The notes beneath the pieces were generated by a model, which searched no databases, had not been told where the DNA came from, and saw nothing but the letters and a program-made list of their open reading frames with translations. This document shows, one piece after another, positions 39,051-51,821 of a DNA stretch of 64,000 nt (its first letter is position 1; every line of letters begins with the position of its first letter). Position numbers and translations under genes: made by a program. The stretch is from Eledone cirrhosa (Eukaryota): NCBI GenBank assembly GCA_964016885.1, contig OZ024743.1, forward strand, positions 53,630,001 to 53,694,000. The letters run 5' to 3'.

Positions 39051-39509
39051 AAGGGGTCTTTTCGCTTTTTTATGTATATGTATGTGTGTTTCTGTATGAA
39101 TGTATGCGTGTGCGCGCGCAGGTGTGTGTGTGTATGTGCACATGTGTATAATTATATAATAATTATGAACAGTTTTCTGAAGAGGAACGGAAAGGAACTG
39201 CAGTTGAAAACGGTTCTCAATACATTGCAAGAAAACGTCCATATTTATATCATAGAAATTAGCTGAAAGCATCAGATTTCAAATGAAAGTATCAGTTCTA
39301 GTCATGTAGATTAAATTATATATACACAAACTTGCCATATATTGTGATAGAGTACTCCATCAAAATATGACAGACTGAATGAGTTAGTGTTAAATCCAAC
39401 GAAACTTAAGTATCTGCGTATGCGATTGCTGTAACTTATAATACATAACTCATCCCACGGACTAGGTGCTCTAAGCCCTTGAATATACATACCAAGTTCG
39501 TAATACAAA

Positions 39510-39617
<108 letters not shown>

Positions 39618-39632
39618 ACACACACACACACA

Positions 39633-39746
<114 letters not shown>

Positions 39747-39832
39747 GTGGTTCAGTAGATTCGAGGTTTACTGAAGTATACATACCAAAGTATACATTCT
39801 ATGCTAAGGCAGAGTGTACATATTAAAAACAA

Positions 39833-39903
<71 letters not shown>

Positions 39904-40205
39904 TGTAATAAACAACATAAGATAATCATTTCATTTACCAGTGGTTTCTTGAAACATAATTTGCTTTCAGTCATCAGAATGAAAAAATCCTGGTGTATTT
40001 ATTGACAGTGGATTTTAAAAACAAAAATATAATCTATATAAAAGTGAGGCTGGAAAAGGAAGAAGGAAAGGAAACAGAATAAATATAAAAGTAGATAAAC
40101 ACACACACATATACATACACACACACACACACACACACACGCGCGCACACACATACACATACACACATATATACATATATATATATATATAATACATATA
40201 TATAT

Positions 40206-40272
<67 letters not shown>

Positions 40273-40275
40273 TAC

Positions 40276-40307
<32 letters not shown>

Positions 40308-40360
40308 TATATATATATATATATACACATACACACATATATATATATATATATAACTTT

Positions 40361-40432
<72 letters not shown>

Positions 40433-40493
40433 CATACATATATATATATACATATCCATACATACACATACACACAAATACACAAACACACAC

Positions 40494-40537
<44 letters not shown>

Positions 40538-40542
<5 letters not shown>

Positions 40543-41139
40543 ACGTCAAGACAGGCGGTTTCAAAAGTGAAAGTAAATTTATTTTCATTTTCGAACGTCG
40601 TGTTTACATTTTGTGTGTGTTTAGATCTAAATTAGTTACTGAGATTAAAGACAGAATCAGAGCCTCTGTCGTTTTAACTGATTATATATATATGTATATG
40701 TGTGTGTGTAGTTGACGGTTGAGAGAAGAATACTCAATACCGAAGTAATCTTGTAATGAGGCTTGCAGAATGGTGTGAGTCCGCCATTCTAGACGCTGCT
40801 GTCTTGTAGAATTCCCAAATCGAAGCTCTGACACTCTCGTCCCCATAATTCAGCAGGGATTTTGCCAGGCAGCCGCATCATCTCCGATGGTTGGGCTTCC
40901 TATTCTGAAATTGAAGATGGGATTTACGTTCATGATGTTGTGGTGCACGAACGGTACTTTGTAGATCCTGCGGACCTTGATGTGCACACAAGCTCATAAA
41001 GAACACATGGAGCCGTGCAAAGAAGAAGCTTCGTCGCCAGCATGTTTCGTTTGAACACACACACAAAATGTAAACACGACCTTCGAAAATGAAAATAAAT
41101 TTACTTTCACTTTTGAGACCGCCCGTCTTGACGTATGCC
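40538..41139 (+). mobile_element. Non-autonomous Merlin (IS1595/ISXO2-like) DNA transposon
   Basis: ~85-bp TIRs starting ggcatacgtcaagac; internal frameshifted LVEFPNRSSDTLVPIIQQ/ILPGSRIISDGWASY...HDVVVHERYFVDP..DVHT/IKNTWSRAK; flanks tatatatat / tatacatat. Confidence 0.8.
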
Positions 41140-41454
41140 TATACATATATATATATACATATACACACACATACAATCATACATATATACACACGTACAT
41201 ACACACACATACATACACACATATATACACGCATACATACGCACATACATATATAGATATATGTACAAACACCTACTACCCACACACAATTAATTATAAG
41301 AAAAAATATTAAAAAATAAAAATAAAAAAACAAAAAGCCGTCACATCAATATAAAAATGAAAAATAAAAAATATACGACTTAAGAAAATAAAAATAAAAA
41401 TTATTATAAAGTTGACAGCGATACAGGAAAGACACAAATAAATAAATAAACACA

Positions 41455-42860
41455 CGTGTTAAAAATGTCTAGAGATGAAGATAAGGTAGAAATCCTATGG
41501 CTAATGTTGGGAATAAGATTTTTTTAAACTATAGGGGGATGGCAAGACTCTTTGTGTATATATCTAAGATTTTCGTTAGGTTTATGATAAGGTTTAAAAG
41601 AGGCAGTAAGTAGATCAAGATTAATGTCAAGAAAGTTAGCATTGGTAAGGTTCGTATCTATAGTAATTTTAAGGTTAAGATTAGCAAAAGTATTGATTAA
41701 ATCTTTACGGAATTTATCAAGGTTATGGCCGTTGGTTATGGCCGTTGGTGAGAAACTGCCAATCCGTCGTCACGGTATAAACCGATATCATGGGAAGGAA
41801 ATTTCTCTTTAAGGGTGTGGAGAAGGAATAATCCTACTAAGTCACACACATCCGCACTGTCATATGAACCCATTGCAACATCAAAAGAGTTTTCAGGGTT
41901 TGACTTTTTAACCCAAATACTTTCATTAGTAAAGAGTAGAGTTTTCCTAGCATGAAAGATAATGTCTTCTTCAAATTTAGAAATATTAATGAAGAGTCTT
42001 TGAAAATCTAAGGCTTTAGTTAATAAGGAAACAGTAATAGAGGGGTAAAAATCAACAATATCAAATTGGGTAAATCTACACTTATTTTTACCTTGTATAT
42101 TATTAAACGAAGAAATAACAGAGGATGTATTTAACCATTGTGATAAGTCAGTCTTAGTTCTAATTTTGAGAATTATTTTTCTTAAGATTTTTTTACTTGC
42201 AAGGCCAACTTCGGATTTAGCCGGGTTAATCAGTCTACAGCTAGGTCGATTAGTAAAGTCTAATTTATGGTCTTTAAGGGTAATATATTCTTTACGTTTA
42301 GCCAGGCTTTCAATCCGGTTGAATATTTTTAAAGAACTAGCTAGTTATTTAGCTTCTATATTAATAGTATTGTAGGTGTTATTATTAGTTAATTGATATT
42401 TGTTGGTGATACTATTAGTTAAAAGTTGGTTATACAAAATACTATTAACTTCAAAGAGATTTTTAGTTTTATCGGAAAGAACAAAAGTGTTTGTAGAATT
42501 TTTAAAATTAGAAATATCGTTAGACAGTTTAGTTTGAAAATTATTATTGTACTTACGAAATTTTATATCACTAATTAAATTAACAAGCTCTAATTCGAAG
42601 TTGGCTATGTCTTTAATTCTAGGTGGGTATTTACGGGATTTTATGTCAAAACAATCATTTGTATCAGCACTGAATAGTCCATTGTAAACCATTGCCTTCG
42701 ATCTCATTCTTTTAACGACTTGTTCGGTTTTCTCTATAAACAGTTTGGTATAAATTGTGTTGGAAGGAGTAGGTATATTTTTGATTGAATAATCCAATTC
42801 ATAAAGGTCCATGGTGTATGTTGGTTGAATTCCTGAAAACTGTAGAGTGCTCAACTAATC
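41455..42860 (-). pseudogene. Penelope-like element ORF (N-terminus + RT + thumb), frameshifted, 3'-truncated
   Basis: YSIKNIPTPS...KRMR, DKTKN, ITLKDHK..CRLINPAKSE, QFDIVDFYPSI, FDVAMGSYD, IGLYRDDG, NFLD, YIH..S.HPP. Confidence 0.88.
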
Positions 42861-43016
42861 GGGCTGGAAAGTTCCAATCATATATGTAATATAGAATATG
42901 TTTCAATCAATCCCGGTTGGAGCTGTATAAATGAAGTAATTCCGTCGGAAAGGTCCAGGAAAAAAGAGTGCTCTATGTAGGTTACAAAGCTTAATAGTTA
43001 TGTAATAACAATTATT

Positions 43017-43076
<60 letters not shown>

Positions 43077-43200
43077 GAAATAATTGTTTCTACTTTTTTG
43101 GCACAAGGCCAGCAATTACCCAGTACATTACTGGTACTTTATTTTATTGACAATGTAAATATATTTAGTATTTTGTGCTCTTTGCAAAGCAAAACATATT

Positions 43201-43241
<41 letters not shown>

Positions 43242-43370
43242 AAAGTTATATTTAAAATTGTTGGGTTACAACTAGTAAATATTTATAACTGATATAAAAG
43301 CACTCGACAAATATTTGGAGTATATTTACAATATTAAATAAATGGAAACTATATTTATAAAACCATATTT

Positions 43371-43434
43371 ATTTCATTATATATATTTCAGGGATATCAT
43401 ATTAACAATATGCTATGCCTTCCTCAGACAAAAT
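43371..43434 (-). ncRNA. Type I hammerhead ribozyme (minus-strand mirror copy)
   Basis: Exact reverse complement of 43596-43659. Confidence 0.72.
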
Positions 43435-43595
43435 ACAATATAAACAGTTTTATAGATAAATAGATTCGACATACCGTAACAACATCGACTTGCATTTGAA
43501 GAGGTTGATTTGACTGCCAAATCAACCTCTTCAAATGCAAGTCGATGTTGTTACGGTATATCGAATCTATTTATCTATAAAACTGTTTATATTGT

Positions 43596-43659
43596 ATTTT
43601 GTCTGAGGAAGGCATAGCATATTGTTAATATGATATCCCTGAAATATATATAATGAAAT
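43596..43659 (+). ncRNA. Type I hammerhead ribozyme with palindromic stem III
   Basis: ATTTTGT-CTGAGGA-AGG..CATATT gtt AATATG..CCT-GAAA-TATATA-TA|ATGAAAT. Confidence 0.72.
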
Positions 43660-44221
43660 AAATATGGTTTTATAAATATAGTTTCCATTTATTTAATATT
43701 GTATATATATATATATATATATATACACAGACACACACATACACACACACAGACACACACACACATGTATATATATATATAATCTAATTTTTCAACCTAT
43801 TATTATAAGTATTGTAATCAAAACGTAATGAAACCTGCATTATAAATATTATTCTTTCACGTTAATCTTATTTCATCTTATTTCTTCTTTCACTTAGATA
43901 TACTTACGCTGTGTATATTTCTCGTTTGAAACTTATTTCTTCATGCACGCTATCTTCACTATCAATATGTATAATCGTTCTTTATTTCCTCTTCTATCTT
44001 TCTCCTTTTTTTTTTTCTCTCTCCCTTACATATCATCTTCTTCCAACAGTTTAATTTAAATAAACCGTTATCTTTTCAACCTTTCGGACACTCAGTTGCA
44101 TACTCACTCATAACTTTGTATTACAATCAATAAATGTAATATCTCCACTATTCAGGAAGCTCCAACCGTTAAGGTTGTCTTTTTTCCGGGTATGTCAATA
44201 TTTATTTATAAAACAAATGTG

Positions 44222-44287
44222 TATTTTATCTGATGAAAGCGCACCATAATTTGCCTTGGTTGCCCTTAAAATATGTATAATAAAATA
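44222..44287 (+). ncRNA. Hammerhead ribozyme relic (G12A), paralog of 43596
   Basis: TATTTTAT-CTGATGA-AAG..CTT-aAAA-TATGTA-TA|ATAAAATA; same downstream tail aatatgg.ttta.aaatatagtttccatttatt. Confidence 0.6.
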
Positions 44288-44325
44288 AATATGGCTTTAC
44301 AAATATAGTTTCCATTTATTAATAT

Positions 44326-44363
<38 letters not shown>

Positions 44364-44484
44364 TCTAGATTGCGGTTTTGGGACTCCTCTATAAGTCGGC
44401 GAAGGCAGAGAATCTGGCTAAGTGTTGATCTACCTCTCCTAAATCCATTCTGGTTGTTACGAAGGATTGGCTCAAGAAATGGGA

Positions 44485-44540
<56 letters not shown>

Positions 44541-44544
<4 letters not shown>

Positions 44545-45769
44545 TCCCATTTCTTGAGCCAATCCTTCGTAACAACCAGAATGGATTTAGGAGAGGTAGA
44601 TCAACACTTAGCCAGATTCTCTGCCTTCGCCGACTTATAGAGGAGTCCCAAAACCGCAATCTAGACCTTGCACTCATCTTTGTTGATTTTTCAAAAGCCT
44701 TCGACTCAGTTGACAGGTCGGGGATGTTTGAAATTCTACAACTCTATGGGATTCCTGATAAAATCATCGCGGCCATACGTGTAATGTGTACAGATACCAA
44801 ATCAACTGTCCTGACCCCAGATGGGGAAACACCACCTTTCTCAATCCTCGCTGGAATTTTACAGGGCGATACCCTTGCTCCGTATCTATTTATCATTGTT
44901 GTGGATTATGTTTTGCGCATGTCTGTGGATAGGATTCAGGATAGGGGATACCAACTACAGCCTAGGAGAAGCTCACGCTACCCAGCAAAATACTTGACCG
45001 ACACCGACTTTGCTGACCACATCGCATTGATCAGTCGGTCACTGGAAAATGCTGAGAGTCTTTTGAAGTCATTAGAGCAAGCGTCCAACTGTGTTGGACT
45101 GTACCTCAACGAATCCAAGACTGAGTATGTGAACAGATGCGCAGACAGCCCAAACTACCCCATCAGAACCCTTAATGGTACCACCCTTAAGCAAGTGGAA
45201 GATTACAAGTATCTTGGCTCATATATCTCCTCCTCCAAAAAGGATTTTCTAACCAGGAAGGGTATGGCATGGTCAGCATGCAATGACATGCACGCCATAT
45301 GGACATCTCAACTTACCAACAAGCTAAAACTGGCAATATTCCAAGCAACCATTAAGCCCATATTACTTTATGGATCCGAAACTTGGACACTAACATCACA
45401 ACTTGAGAGGAGATTGGATGGCACATATACCCGCCTCTTAATGAGAGTGCAAAACCTATCCTGGAAACGACATCCCACCTTGTCTAAAATCTATGGCAAA
45501 CTCCCTCGAGCCTCTGCCCTTCTAAAATCCCGGAGAGCCCAATTTGCTGGCCACTGTCACCGTGCCAGAAATGAAATCATATCCGCTCTCTTGCTCTGGA
45601 ACCCTGACTCCAGCCTGACTAGGAGTAGGAAGCTGTCATTCCCTGACGTTATCTCTAGGGATACGGGAATCAGTAGACAGGACCTGTAGACAGCGATGGG
45701 GGACAGGGAATTCTGGGGCATGAGAGTGAGATCCATCATCTCGACAGTAGTCGACGAGTGATGATGATG
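44541..45769 (+). mobile_element. 5'-truncated RTE(-X)-clade LINE, RT domain open over 44541-45689
   Basis: NQNGFRRGRST, FVDFSKAFDSV, GILQGDTLAPYLF, DFADH (catalytic D->H), YKYLGS, LLYGSETWTL; tail (TGA)n then (TA)n. Confidence 0.92.
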
Positions 45770-45806
45770 ATATATATATATGTGTGTGTGTGTATATATA
45801 TGTATG

Positions 45807-45840
<34 letters not shown>

Positions 45841-46106
45841 TGTATGTATGTATGTATGTATGTATGTATGTATATATATATATATATATATATATAGTGG
45901 AACGCTGGAACACTGGAAGGTAATATCCGTAGTGGTAGACCACTCAATCCATGGGACGAGTTAGGTAGAAGTGGTTACACAACAGTTAGTTCATCATACC
46001 TAGAACAATTGTTTAACCTTAGCGGATCCTCGGCTGATTACGAGCTCCGGATCCGCTAAGGTGAAACAATTGTTCTCGATATGGTGAACTAACTGTTGTG
46101 TAACCA

Positions 46107-46165
<59 letters not shown>

Positions 46166-47039
46166 CAGTAACATTTTGGTGTAATTTTCATGTAAATTCC
46201 GTCTATGCACCTAAATCCGACCTAACCTATCATATATACATACCACACTAGACATAATGTGAAAAACTAATTATGTTCTTTAGTAGTATATCCCGATCGA
46301 GGTGGGCGTGGAACAAGAATTAGATGATCAAGTTAGATAAGTCTCCATGTGGTCTAGCAGGACGACGGTCTAAGCAAACACGGACACAAGCATGACCAGA
46401 AATACGCCTGGCAACCACAACTTAACTATTGACAAAGTAGTGCAGTTAAAGTTGGTCCCATGTCACACAAATGAAAATCGCCTGGACAAGGTACAATTAA
46501 GGAAACCAATAAATAAAAATAAAATTAAAACAAAAACAAAATGACAAAACAAGCATAAAACACGAGGAATACAAGAATGCACAACAGAAACCAGGTGACA
46601 TGTAGATTCTTTCTAAACATCTACTTTAGGCAGGGAAGTGATAAGGCAAACTGCCATACTGCCTTCCTCAAGTCGTGTCAAAACCTGGCCTCTCAGAAGC
46701 GAGAGAACGAACGCATGGAAATATTCTTTCAGTGAACCTAATACCTCATATGACTCTAGAAGTAAAGCGGGAAAACTCAAATTACAGAGGCAGAAGCATC
46801 TACCCGAAATAGGGTCCCCATAAAAAAGGCAAGGTGCAATGTTGTTCAAACTGCAGCAGCTGAACAGCAAGCTATTTTAAAGGATAACACCGAAAATTGA
46901 GTAACAGTAGACCTGGCTGCAAGAAATACAGAGCCACAGCTATGTACAGCAACAACAAGTCCATTACAACTATTAGCTCTAGGATGACCACATTTGACAC
47001 CCGTGCAAATGTCACACTAATATTACTGATATATGTCAC

Positions 47040-48265
47040 ATCAGTAATACTGATGAATATCAGAGGTCTACTACATCTTAATAACAGAAATTCACTACCT
47101 GAGAAAACTTACCACATGCAGTCAAGGAAAGAGGCCTACAGCTTCGTCAGATGCTTGGTGTTTCGCAAATCTGGCAAAGCAGGTTACAGTGGTTTGGCCG
47201 TCTGCAGGATGAGTACCGGAAGGCTCCCACACCAACTTTTGTCACGACAGTGACCCAGGCACGAGGGAATCCAGTGCATCACAGCGAAGAAGATATGAGC
47301 AAAACAAATCGAGGAGGACCCAAAATCGCAGCGCCTCGACTTCGACCATCTTAAGATCAGCGCTATGGATGAAAGAGCATAGAATAACATCATCATCGGA
47401 ATCCATCATCCAGCGGCCCCGACAGCAGCGTATTGGTTGAGAGGACAGCCTCCAACAATCGCCAGCTAAGGATTGAAGAAGAAGTATCAAAGAAAATTCG
47501 TAGCTCTCACAGAAACGCATCTAATATCATAGCAGATGTGAAAATACACATAGCAATGTATGTCGTGTTTGAAACATACAGGAAAGAAAGAACTCATGGT
47601 GGATTTGTAATGTACATTCGTGAAGAAAACACTGAAATACGGTTGGTGACACACTGATAAGGGATCGATCGACAAAATCCCAAACTTCATTTGCTTACCC
47701 AGTGGGGTGGATCCTGTCAAATTGGACCAAGGAAACAATGTTTCCATTGGTCTTTCCATCGCTGATACTATCTACAGGTCTCAACTCCTGGTAAAGATTA
47801 ACGTGAAATAAAGTGTCTTGCTCAAGAACATAACGCATCGCCCGGTTTGGAAATCGAACTCGCAACCTAACGTTTGCGAATACAACTCTCTAACCACTAA
47901 CCCACGTGCCTTCACACTAGTAGTACATACCAAACTATTTGAAACAGTTGTATGCACAACATATTGTCCATTAGAAACCTCAAATTATAAGGATAAATCA
48001 AATGACAACCAAAGAAAGATAGAAGAGGTATTAACTGGAGCAACACACCCATGGGTGATATCAAACTCTCCCATGTCAAATGGACCAAATGCCACGTTCT
48101 CTTTAAAATAGCGCAAGTTAAGCAGAATCATTGCTTAACTTGTCCCACACGTTGTTCATTGAATGAATTGTACTCTACAAAGAAAGCAATAGTATTTATT
48201 CTAGAATTTTGCTTCATAAATAACAAGGAGCTCATTCACAATGTGAAGGTGGGGTTATCCATTCA
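47040..48265 (+). pseudogene. Highly decayed LINE pieces (APE-like motifs; RTE-like piece 47140-47370), interrupted by a SINE head at 47800-47895
   Basis: ILMNIRGL, YRKERTHGGFVMYIRE, MGDIKLSHVKW, ILEFCFINNKELIHNVKV; SRLQWFG. Confidence 0.45.
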
Positions 48266-48357
48266 CTAATTATATGCAAATTAGTATGTCCATTTCAGAA
48301 TATTACTAAGAGGGCATGGGTATATATGTTTCCCTGTGGTTGTTGGATGATATACAC

Positions 48358-48402
48358 GCCTTCTGATGAGGGTCCAATTAGGTTCGAAAATCGATTAAAG
48401 GC
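48358..48402 (+). ncRNA. Minimal type I hammerhead ribozyme (PLE-type, palindromic stem III)
   Basis: GCCTT-CTGATGA-GGGTC..GGTTC-GAAA-ATCGAT-TA|AAGGC. Confidence 0.75.
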
Positions 48403-49437
48403 ATTTATCATGTTTTCATGTCCTTGGAAATTCGTCTGTCTTCGGCATGTTTAGATGCCTCCATATTAAATATGTGTATATTTATATACACATTGGTGCA
48501 GTCTCAATTATACGCTATGTATGTATACAGATGCAAATTTATCGTACGTTTCTGCCGCTATCGCACTACTTTATATCTATCTATATATATTACATGTATT
48601 ATACATGTATATTACATGTATATTATATGTATTATACATGCGTGTCCACCAGTTGCACGTCCAAAACTACGTCCCTTCAGTCAGTGTGTGTGTGTGAGGG
48701 GGGAGGTATCCGCTGTTTTGCAATGTATAGCTAAAAATAGCGCCCGCATAATTGCAACCCACCCTGCTGTCAGTGTGGAGAGGGGGGGGCGTTTTTGTGA
48801 AGTCAAATCAGACATCTGCTCTGTCTAGTGCACTAGACATGGCGTGGAAGTCGGCTATCAAGAAATCACATGCTTCATTTTTGGCTTATATATTTAAAAA
48901 TGATAAAAACGACATGGATGTATATCGATCTAGGTCGAATTTGCGCCCCCCCCCCTAAATATGGCGCCCGTGGCACGTGCCCTGCTTGCCACACCCTAGC
49001 TACGCCATTGCATGTATATGCACATATACATGTAATATATATATATATAAGGTCGGTTGTTCTTTATTCTTTCTCGGCTACGATTTCACAGAACTTATGT
49101 TCACCGATTTCAGGGAGTTGACTCCTTCTTCCTCCCGTTTGACCTGTGCGAAATTCTTTCCTTGCTCACATTTAGACCAGGTTTGATGGTCTTTATTCTC
49201 TCTCGTCCACGATTTCACAGAACTTATGTTCATCGATTTCAGGGACTTGACTCCTTCTTCCTCACTTTTCGTTGCATTACCATCTTTGATTGTTTACAGT
49301 CTCGTTCGTTCCCCTTATTTACGTGTCCCAACGACTTTCTTTAGCCGTTGCTCGCACCAACCGGAGGTATATGGTCTTTAAAGCGATGAAATACCAATGA
49401 AGGTTGGCAGATCACTGATGAAGGACTAAATTTATTC

Positions 49438-49476
<39 letters not shown>

Positions 49477-50065
49477 TAGATATATAGATATGTATATGTA
49501 TAACATATGTATATGCACATATACATATGTTTGTATATTTATATATAAATATAAGTATGGATACATGTATATGTAAATAAATGTGTGTGTGTAAATATAC
49601 ATATAGATACACATACACACACTCACACACATATATTTGCATACATACACATATATTCACATACATATACATATAAATTATATATATATATTATATATAT
49701 ATATATGCATACATGTATATATATATATATACATACATACACGCATACATACTTGCATACACATACATACATAGATACACCTTTAATTCTTATCAGAGGA
49801 AGCGCTTTGTCAAATGGAAAATCGGTGAGTCTAAAAATTGAATGATTTAATAGGATTCCTGATATATATGGAGTGGATCGATGTGTATATTTATGGTTGA
49901 TTAGTATCGAATATTTATGGATCAATTGTTATTGGTTTGTCTTTTTGTTTTCGCATATTGAATAGATGTAAACTTATGTGTTTGTGAATGTGTGGTTTGT
50001 GTTTCTATGAGAAGACAGAAGGTCCCAAAATTATATATATATATATATAAATATATGTATATATA

Positions 50066-50304
<239 letters not shown>

Positions 50305-50777
50305 AAATATATATATATATACATATATTTCGTTTCTGAATTTGTTTAGCAAGATTCTTTATCTGAAAACGTGTGTTGAAACCGATATTGTTATACTTCG
50401 GGAGGGTGATGTTGCCAATAAGCAACACACGCACCAGTTACTTTCAATTCAATTTATTATAATAAATTTATAAATTTAGGAATTTATAAATTTCCGGTTG
50501 GTTGGTTCCACAACCAGACGATTGTTTATATATTGTCAAAGTTCTTTCGTCACACATTCTGTGACCTCTTCAGTGCCTGGGATTCTTTTCTTTGTTTTTG
50601 TGCCTCTCCTTTGTTCTGTCCCACGCTATCTTGTTTCTGTGTGTGTGTTGTGTGCTCAGTCTGCGCATGCGCCACATCCGGGTGTCTGTGTGTGTTTATA
50701 TTCGTTTATTTATTTGTTCATTTACATGTTACTGGTTGGTTGTTTGTTCTATGTGCGTGTGTGTTTTCATTTTGTTC

Positions 50778-51311
50778 TTAATTGTAAGTTGTGATGTTGC
50801 TGTTCCACTCATGTTTTCTATTTAATTTTGGTTGTAATTCTTTTATGTTTATTGTCTCTGTGATTTGTCTAAATATTGCGTCTTTTCTGTGTGTAGATTC
50901 TATTTTTATTTCTATGTTCTCTAATTTACCCTTATGTTCTATTTTAGCATGTTGGTAGAGTACAGATGATTCTTTACTATCTTGAAGGTCTCGCCAGTGT
51001 TCATTTATCCGTTCCCCTACACTACGAGCTGTCTCACCTATGTACACTATATTTTTATCTCTACATTGTCCTTCAGTATATCTTATGCTATATACTACAT
51101 TTCTAGTTTTACAGTTAATATGGGGGCTTAATTTACAGGTTATACATTTCTTATCTATACAGGGGGGTCTTTGAAAAGGGTATGTCTTGCTAATAAGTGT
51201 TTTTATGGAGGTACCTGGTCTTTCTACTATCTTAATATTGAGTTTATGTTTATCTAGGGCCCTTCTAAATTTGTAAGCTAATTCACCTCTAGGGGTTGTA
51301 TCGATGAACAT
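50778..51311 (-). CDS. PLE GIY-YIG endonuclease domain (fragment of a frameshifted polyprotein)
   Basis: CIDKKCITC..C, NVVYSI, YIGETARSVGERINEH, S.LYQH...H, RQITE..I....PKLN.K.EW. Confidence 0.8.
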   Translation of the reverse strand: MFIDTTPRGELAYKFRRALDKHKLNIKIVERPGTSIKTLISKTYPFQRPPCIDKKCITCKLSPHINCKTRNVVYSIRYTEGQCRDKNIVYIGETARSVGERINEHWRDLQDSKESSVLYQHAKIEHKGKLENIEIKIESTHRKDAIFRQITETINIKELQPKLNRKHEWNSNITTYN

Positions 51312-51821
51312 TACACTCTGGTATTTATTGCTATCATACCATGAGTTTATTCTATTAGTCTTATTCCTAGTTCTTTCTATTCTATTCTAAAATTTGCTCC
51401 TATACAAGGGGCAGGTCCCATTTGTATCATTATTTACCATTTTTTCCCATTTGGTTCTGGGTCCTCTATACACTCTGATTTTATCTCTCTGATTGTAACC
51501 AGAGAACTGCATACGGTGGATGAAGTGTTGTATGTGTCTCTCTAGTTCTTCGGGGTTGCACATGCGGGACACGTTTCTCATCACCCGTACCAAATCCGCA
51601 ATCAGAATGTTTATTTTGGTATGGTCCGAAACAGCTGAGTTTCGTTGGATCAGATCTTTGGAAGTCATGGGTTTGGCATAATGGGAATGGAGGATTTGTT
51701 TTTTGTTATTAATGGTATCTAACCAGAGCTCTGTGTCTAGTACAAGTAATCGATGGTTGGGGTGTTTGCTTGGGTAGTCTATAGTAACTCTAATACTCTG
51801 GTGGATGGAGTTAGCTATTTG

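Larger units (their letters stand above)
43240..43703. mobile_element. Fold-back PLE-like non-coding element: 186-bp-arm palindrome (43327-43703, 5-nt loop) plus tail
   Basis: Arms 43327-43512 / 43518-43703 with one visible mismatch; (TA)n on both sides. Confidence 0.85.

Noticed and set aside
39945-39985. Minus-strand CTGATGA-CT-GAAA
   Set aside because: No stem II and the stem I register is off; at best a relic.
44370-44540. N-terminal extension of the 439-aa RT ORF
   Set aside because: It is the inverted duplicate plus (TA)n; genuine RT sequence starts at 44541.
46072-46090. GAAACAATTGTT as an HHR 3' half
   Set aside because: No CUGANGA core; similarity to 12477 suggests this is the antisense arm.
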